Source: Eledone cirrhosa
Lineage: Eukaryota
Direction: 5' to 3'
DNA: 64,000 nt
Assembly (NCBI GenBank): GCA_964016885.1
Contig: OZ024748.1
Span: 54,870,001-54,934,000 of the forward strand
In this document: positions 56,384 through 64,000 of the stretch, in pieces
How positions within the stretch are numbered: position 1 is the stretch's first letter
How the letters are laid out: each line of letters starts with the position of its first letter
Translations under genes and position numbers: made by a program
Notes under the pieces: generated by a model
Seen by the model: the letters and a program-made list of their open reading frames with translations, nothing else
Told to the model about the DNA's origin: nothing
Databases searched by the model: none

Positions 56384-56627
56384 AAGAATGAGAAATAGGA
56401 TTGATTAAAGGGGCGGGCGGGGTAGAATTGGAAAAAATGTCTTTAGATAAAAATAACAGGTCCATTCATGTTGATATCTCATATATATATATATATACAA
56501 CGCTAGCATGGGTTGGACGGTTTTGTCCCACTTGAGGCGAGATTGGTTGGGAGACCGTGTCTCGCTCGTACAGAATTGTCTCTAGCAGGTTTCCTACGGC
56601 TGGATGTATAAACACAAACTTGTATAG

Positions 56628-56666
<39 letters not shown>

Positions 56667-56667
56667 T

Positions 56668-56905
56668 ATAGGAAAATGTATGACCCCAACGGCAGATGTC
56701 AAGCCATTTCGACGGCCATTTCTGGACTAAATTAGAATTTTTAGCATGGCTAAAAATTTTAATTTAGTCCAGAAAAAGCCGTCGAAACGACTAGAGCTCT
56801 GCCGTCGGCATCATACATTTTCCTATTACACACTCTACTAACCTAAGTATTGAGTACTCTGGTGCGTTATGGTCCATATGGTTCCTTACCACACCTCCTT
56901 CGTTT
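56668..56905 (+). mobile_element. Fold-back element family P1, second copy: 78-bp-arm palindrome plus 79-nt tail
   Basis: Arms 56668-56745 and 56749-56826; the tail is homologous to the reverse complement of 16170-16247; flanked by (TA)n. Confidence 0.78.
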
Positions 56906-57769
56906 TATATATATATATTTACTCTTGGAGCAACAGATATGAACTTTCCCGATATAAGGCATGACTCTCTTTGATTATTTTTTATATGAATATTGATTGT
57001 TTGTTCTTGTATCTCATTCTGTTATTTTGCCCGAGAAAATATCTATATGTGTCATAAAGCGATGCGCACATTTGGTTATTTTTTCATATCCAATTGAGTT
57101 CTTAGCACGTGGCTTGCATTCTTGCCAGAGTTCAACGACCTGCGCATGTATTGTTTTTGGCGGTAGCCTCCTTCCTCCCATTTTCGGGACAGTGTGAGAT
57201 TTTCTTTAGAACTGCTGGACTAACAACCTAGCAGTCCCCTCAAGCACTGATGGTGATTATCGCTAAATATTGATGTTGATTTGGTTATCAATATTAATGT
57301 TATTGGGTACCCACTGAAGATTTATAAGAGCCCACTTGAATAAGTATCTGTTGATCTTATACAAGCTTTTACATAATTTGGTAAAATTTCACCCAACTTG
57401 TAGAAATCTTATAATGAAACGAGTCGTCTGGAAAATGATATATTTGATATATCTTATATGAAATAATACAGCCAATTATCCACACAATACAATATAGTTA
57501 GCACCCCAAACGATTAATTGGGAATATACTCAGGTATTTCCTAATGTTTGTTGAGTGAGTTGGAATTTGGCCGGAGTATCGCTTTTAGCTTTCTCCGATT
57601 ATGTATTTATATATATATATATATACATATATATATACATATATATACATATATATATTTGTAGCAATGTGTTGGTTTATACTAGAACCTTTGTCCTGTG
57701 TCAGGTATTTCGATATTAATCCGCTAGAGCCGCCCCCACCCCTCCACATTATCATCCTTGACAACAATA

Positions 57770-60760
57770 AATTATGAACAACAACAACAACAAGACCAAA
57801 TTTAACATCGCCATAATCAACATCACTAACATCAGCACCATCCTCATCAACATCAACAGTAACATCAACATATCATCATCATATCACCTTCAATGCCATT
57901 ATCCTAATTATCATCAACATCAATATAATTAATAAAAGTAATCTTATAATCATTATCATCATTGTCATAATTATCCATCATCACCATCATCACCATCATC
58001 AAGTATTATTGTCATCATCATCATCATCATTAACAAGAATATCAAAATCAAATATCAAAAGCAATGATGATGATCATCATCATATCTATACTGTCATCAG
58101 CACTCAACCACTGTCATCATCATCACCACCACCAACATCACTCCTATAACCAACACCACCAAGAACACCACCATCACACCATTATCACCACAACAACCAC
58201 CACCACCAAGAACACCACCATCACACCATTATCACCACAACAACCACCACCACCAACAACAACACCATCACACCATTATCACCACAACAACCACCACCAC
58301 CAACAACAACACCATCACACCACCACCACCACCAAGAACAACACCACTATCATACCATTATCACCACAACCACCACCACCACCAACACCATCATCACACC
58401 ATTATCACCACCAACAACAACACCACCATCACACCATTATCACCACCCACACCATCACACCATTATCACCACTACCAGCACCACCAAGAACACCACCACC
58501 ATCACACCATTATCAGCACAACCTCCAACACCAACAACAACACCACCATCACACCATTATCACCACCACCACCACCACCACTATTACCACTATTACCACT
58601 ATTACCACCAAGACGACCACCACCACAACCAAGAACAACAACACCAAACACATTACCATTACCACCATCACTACCACGACGACCACCACCAAGAGCAACA
58701 TCAAGAACCCTACCAACAACACTAACTCACCACTAATAGCACCACCACCACCAACAACAACAACACACCATCACCACCACCACCAACAACAACACACCAT
58801 CACCACCAACAACAACACACCATCACCACCACCAACAACAACAACACACCATCACCACCAACAACAACAACACACCATCACCACCAACAACAACACACCA
58901 TCACCACCACCAACAACAACAACACACCATCACCACCAACAACAACAACACACCATCACCACCAACAACAACACACCATCACCACCACCAACAACAACAA
59001 CACACCATCACCACCAACAACAACAACACACCATCACCACCAACAACAACACACCATCACCACCACCAACAACAACAACACACCATCACCACCAACAACA
59101 ACAACACACCATCACCACCAACAACAACACACCATCACCACCAACAACAACACACCATCACCACCACCAACAACAACAACACACCATCACCACCAACAAC
59201 AACAACACACCATCACCACCAACGCGAACAACAACCCCAACTAATATTACCATCACCACTACAACTACTACCACCACCACCATTACCACTACCACCACTA
59301 CCAGTATTACCATCAGTATTATTACCAGCACTGCCAACAGTACTATTACCACTACTGTCACCACTGTCACTATTACCACTACCACCACTACCATCCCCAC
59401 CATCACCACCAACACCCCCAACACCACGACCACCATCACCACTACCACCCTCACCACCACCACCAACACCACCCTCACCCTCACCACCACCACCATCACC
59501 ATCACCGCTATTACCACTGTCCTCACCACTGCCACCACCACCACTACCACTACTACCACTGCCACTATTACCACTACCACCACTACCATCACCTCTACCA
59601 TCCCCACCAACACCACTACCATCACCACCACTGCCATCACCAGCACTACTACCACTATTGCCACTGCCATCACCACTACCACCACTGCCATCACCACCAC
59701 TACCACTGCCATCACCACCACTACCACTGCCATCACCACCACTACCACTACCATCACCACTACCACCACTACCATCACCACCACCACTATTACCACTGCC
59801 ATCACCACCACTACCACTACCACCACCACTACCACCACTACCTTCACCACCACTACTACCACTGCCATCACCACCACTACCATCATCACCACCACTATTA
59901 CCACTGCCATCACCACTACCACCACTACCATCACCACCACTACTACCACTATTACCACTGCCATCACCACCACTACCATCACCACAGCCACCATCACCAC
60001 CACCACTATTACCACTGCCATCACCACTACCACCACTGCCATCACCACTACCACCACTGCCATCACCACCACTACCACTATTACCACTGCCATCACCACC
60101 ACTACCATCACCACCACCATCACCACTGCCATCACCACTACCACCACTGCCATCACCACCACTACCACTATTACCACTGCCATCACCACCACTACCATCA
60201 CCACCACCATCACCACTGCCATCACCACCACTACCACTACCATCACCACCCCTACCATCACCACCACCATCACCACTGCCATCACCACTACCACCACTGC
60301 CATCACCACCACTACCACTACCATCACCACCACTACTACCACTGCCATCACCACCACTACCATCATCACCACCACTACCACCACTACCATCACCACCACT
60401 ACTACCACTGCCATCACCACCACTACCATCATCACCACCACTACCACCACTACCATCACCACCACTACTACCACTGCCATCACCACCACTACCATCATCA
60501 CCACCACTACCACCACTACCATCACCACCACTACTACCACTGCCATCACCACCACTACCATCATCACCACCACTACCACCACTACCATCACCACCACTAC
60601 TACCACTGCCATCACCACCACTACCATCATCACCACCACTACCACCACTACCATCACCACCACTACTACCACTGCCATCACCACCACTACCATCATCACC
60701 ACCACTACCACCACTACCATCACCACCACTACCATCACCACCACTACTACCACTATTACC
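57770..60760. repeat. (ACC/AAC/ATC)-derived low-complexity and minisatellite tract
   Basis: Direct inspection; includes ~75-bp and ~60-bp higher-order units. Confidence 0.88.
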
Positions 60761-61024
60761 AACAAATATAATACGTTAAAAGAGTGGCGAGATCTCATCT
60801 AATTATTGTTAGCTCGCTATCACTGTCAGCAAGTCATTAAATGATGACACGATTAGCTTCAAGTAATCACTTTAATTAGTTTCAACAATCTAACGTCTCT
60901 CTTGATTGGATATTCCTGATCGATATGGCAGATGTTCCTCGTTGTTTGGCACATTTCTTTCACACGAACAATATACATGTGCATATGACTATATGGGGAA
61001 ATGTATGTAGGTGGCTGAGCACAG

Positions 61025-61112
<88 letters not shown>

Positions 61113-61148
61113 TATAAATACATATATATAAGTATAAATACACACACA

Positions 61149-61216
<68 letters not shown>

Positions 61217-61223
61217 TATAAAT

Positions 61224-61290
<67 letters not shown>

Positions 61291-61499
61291 CTTATGTATG
61301 CATATATAAGTATAAATGTATATATGAATATATTTACATACACGTACATGTATGTATGTATGTATTTATATATTTCTAATTAATTTATTAATGAGATAGG
61401 ATTCATTATATAGTGATATATATATGCACATGTATGTATGTATATACACATATATGTATATAGTGTTTACATTTATATTAAATATTGATGGTTCTCTCT

Positions 61500-61543
<44 letters not shown>

Positions 61544-61699
61544 CAGAGAGCTGTATATATACATATATATATATATATACAGAGAGATGTATATATATAT
61601 ATATGTATATATGGTGGCTGCCAACTCGTTTTCGAGTACGGCCACTACTTTATATCCACGTAGGGGAACCCCTACTGATGCGCTGAACGAGTGTGACTT

Positions 61700-62410
<711 letters not shown>

Positions 62411-63132
62411 ATTTATATATATGTGTGTTTTTATGTGTGTATATGTGTATGTGTATGTGTGTTTATGGTTGCGCGTGAGTGTGTGAGTGAGTATGTTTTT
62501 TTGTGAATGTGTCTGTTGATTTTTGGCATATAGTTGATTAGTTTAGGAGAAGTTCGAAGATAATTGTAAGATATGCACTCAGTATTTTGAATCTGTCTAC
62601 AGAATCCTCTAAACCTTTGTCACTTAGTAGAACCTTAATGATTTTAGCTTTTAAAGAATCTCCCTTTTCTTTAATTCTATCGACCATGACTGACCCCCCA
62701 CTGATCTTATAGACATCTGTTAGCTTAAGAGAAACTTAATGACAAGGAATGGTATGCCATCCGGAACCTGTTTATAGAATTCTGTCTGCCCTTGTTACTC
62801 TAAAAACATAAATAAATAAAAATAAAAATAAACTATAGCTTTGTAGAATTAGCTTCGAATGAAACAGTTCTATTCCTGTAGAAGCTATTTCTATATTAAA
62901 TTATATATATATATATAATATATAATATATAATAACTTGTGTGTTACACCTCTATTCTTTTAACTATATATATATATATATACAGTATTTTCCGTTGTGT
63001 TGTAATATAAATATTACACACAGTAGATTGACAGCTCACGTAGAGTTTGCTCGACGGTTCCAGTTGAAATTCCAAAAGTAATCCGGAGAAAAATAGAAAG
63101 ATTTGAATGGATACAGTTTAGTTGAAAGGAAT

Positions 63133-63253
63133 TTATTGACACGTGTTTCTATAACAGTTACATAACCTGAAAACAGCTGCTATCTACAAAGTATTAGTTA
63201 TGCAGACAATCAATATTTCAATGTTATTATTTACTGTCATTTCATCAGAATAA
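63133..63253 (-). ncRNA. Type I hammerhead ribozyme with a long stem II insert, in a probable Penelope-like pLTR (about 62982-63520)
   Basis: Minus strand: stem I TTATT/AATAA; CTGATGA (63248-63242); stem II ATGACAGT/ACTGTTAT with a 74-nt loop and an A.A at its base; GAAA; palindromic stem III ACACGTGT; GTC cleavage (63140-63138); AATAAA immediately after. Confidence 0.8.
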
Positions 63254-64000
63254 TATTACTGAGGACCTGTTTGGTTTTTATAGAGAATATTAGGAGAGAG
63301 GGGTGAAGTTGTTAGAAGAATAGTTGAGGGAGTGGTTTTTTGATAGCAGTGAGAATTTTTGGTGGCAGTGAGTAATTAGATTCCCATCTGTTGTTTTGAC
63401 ATTTTTATAGAATATATTATTGGTTATTTTTCTAAATCTATAGAGGGATTAGAGATAGTAAAGATATGCGTGGTTGGTTTTGTGTTTGCACTTAATTAAC
63501 ATTCAGACTTAAATTTTTTCTTTCCAGTGTACGTATCCTTTCACCCACGCATTCTCACACAAACATATTTGCACCCATCTACAAAATACATATACTCACA
63601 TTCACATAGTAACATGTTCATACTTACATACATATACACATGCATACATATATATATACACACATGTATTCATGTACATACATACGCGTTCATGTGTGTA
63701 CATTTTCATACTCAACTTATCTTTATATACACACGTATAGACACACACATATATACATACATACTCTAGTCTATGTGTATATATATACATATACATATAT
63801 ATCTATATATCTATATATCTATATATATCTATATATATATATATAAAGCATTTTAATACATGAATACACTTACATCTAACTATACACATCAAACATATAT
63901 ATATATTTACTTATTTATATACATTTTCACATATATATACATACTTATGGTCGCTTTTAGACACATTCATTATCGCATTTTTGCACATATTCTCATCAGC

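Noticed and set aside
57015-57182. Possible Tc1 transposase N-terminus on the minus strand (MGGRRLPPKTIHAQVVELWQE..)
   Set aside because: The similarity is impressionistic; no TIR or DDE region was found.
58064-60802. 912-aa Thr-rich ORF
   Set aside because: Low-complexity trinucleotide tract; the composition switches between frames.

Overview
This is eukaryotic, repeat-saturated, apparently non-coding DNA (intronic or intergenic). The SINE and MITE families resemble those of octopod cephalopods, but that is inferred from recalled repeat consensus and not verified. I find no credible protein-coding exon; almost all long ORFs are read-throughs of micro- or minisatellites. The window holds very large, young minisatellite arrays (48-, 21-, 30-, 14- and 61-bp units), about 20 copies of a tRNA-derived SINE (several with clear TSDs, plus a chimeric dimer and a serial re-insertion stack), two other SINE-like families, hAT/pogo/piggyBac-type MITEs, a Helitron-type end and two RTE LINE 3' remnants. 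The most interesting signal lies in the short unique islands between microsatellites. There are at least five sequence-unrelated type I hammerhead ribozyme motifs (15.8, 39.7, 53.2, 56.3 and 63.2 kb, plus a decayed one at 1.45 kb). There are also five 'fold-back' elements built as a long palindrome plus a 60-100 nt unique tail, mostly abutting (TA)n. Some fold-back elements carry the 3' half of a hammerhead, and several elements meet tail-to-tail at a shared (TA)n. Together these point to a diverse, (TA)n-targeting, ribozyme-bearing Penelope-like/retrozyme-like retroelement system whose truncated insertions snap back on themselves to a fixed boundary.
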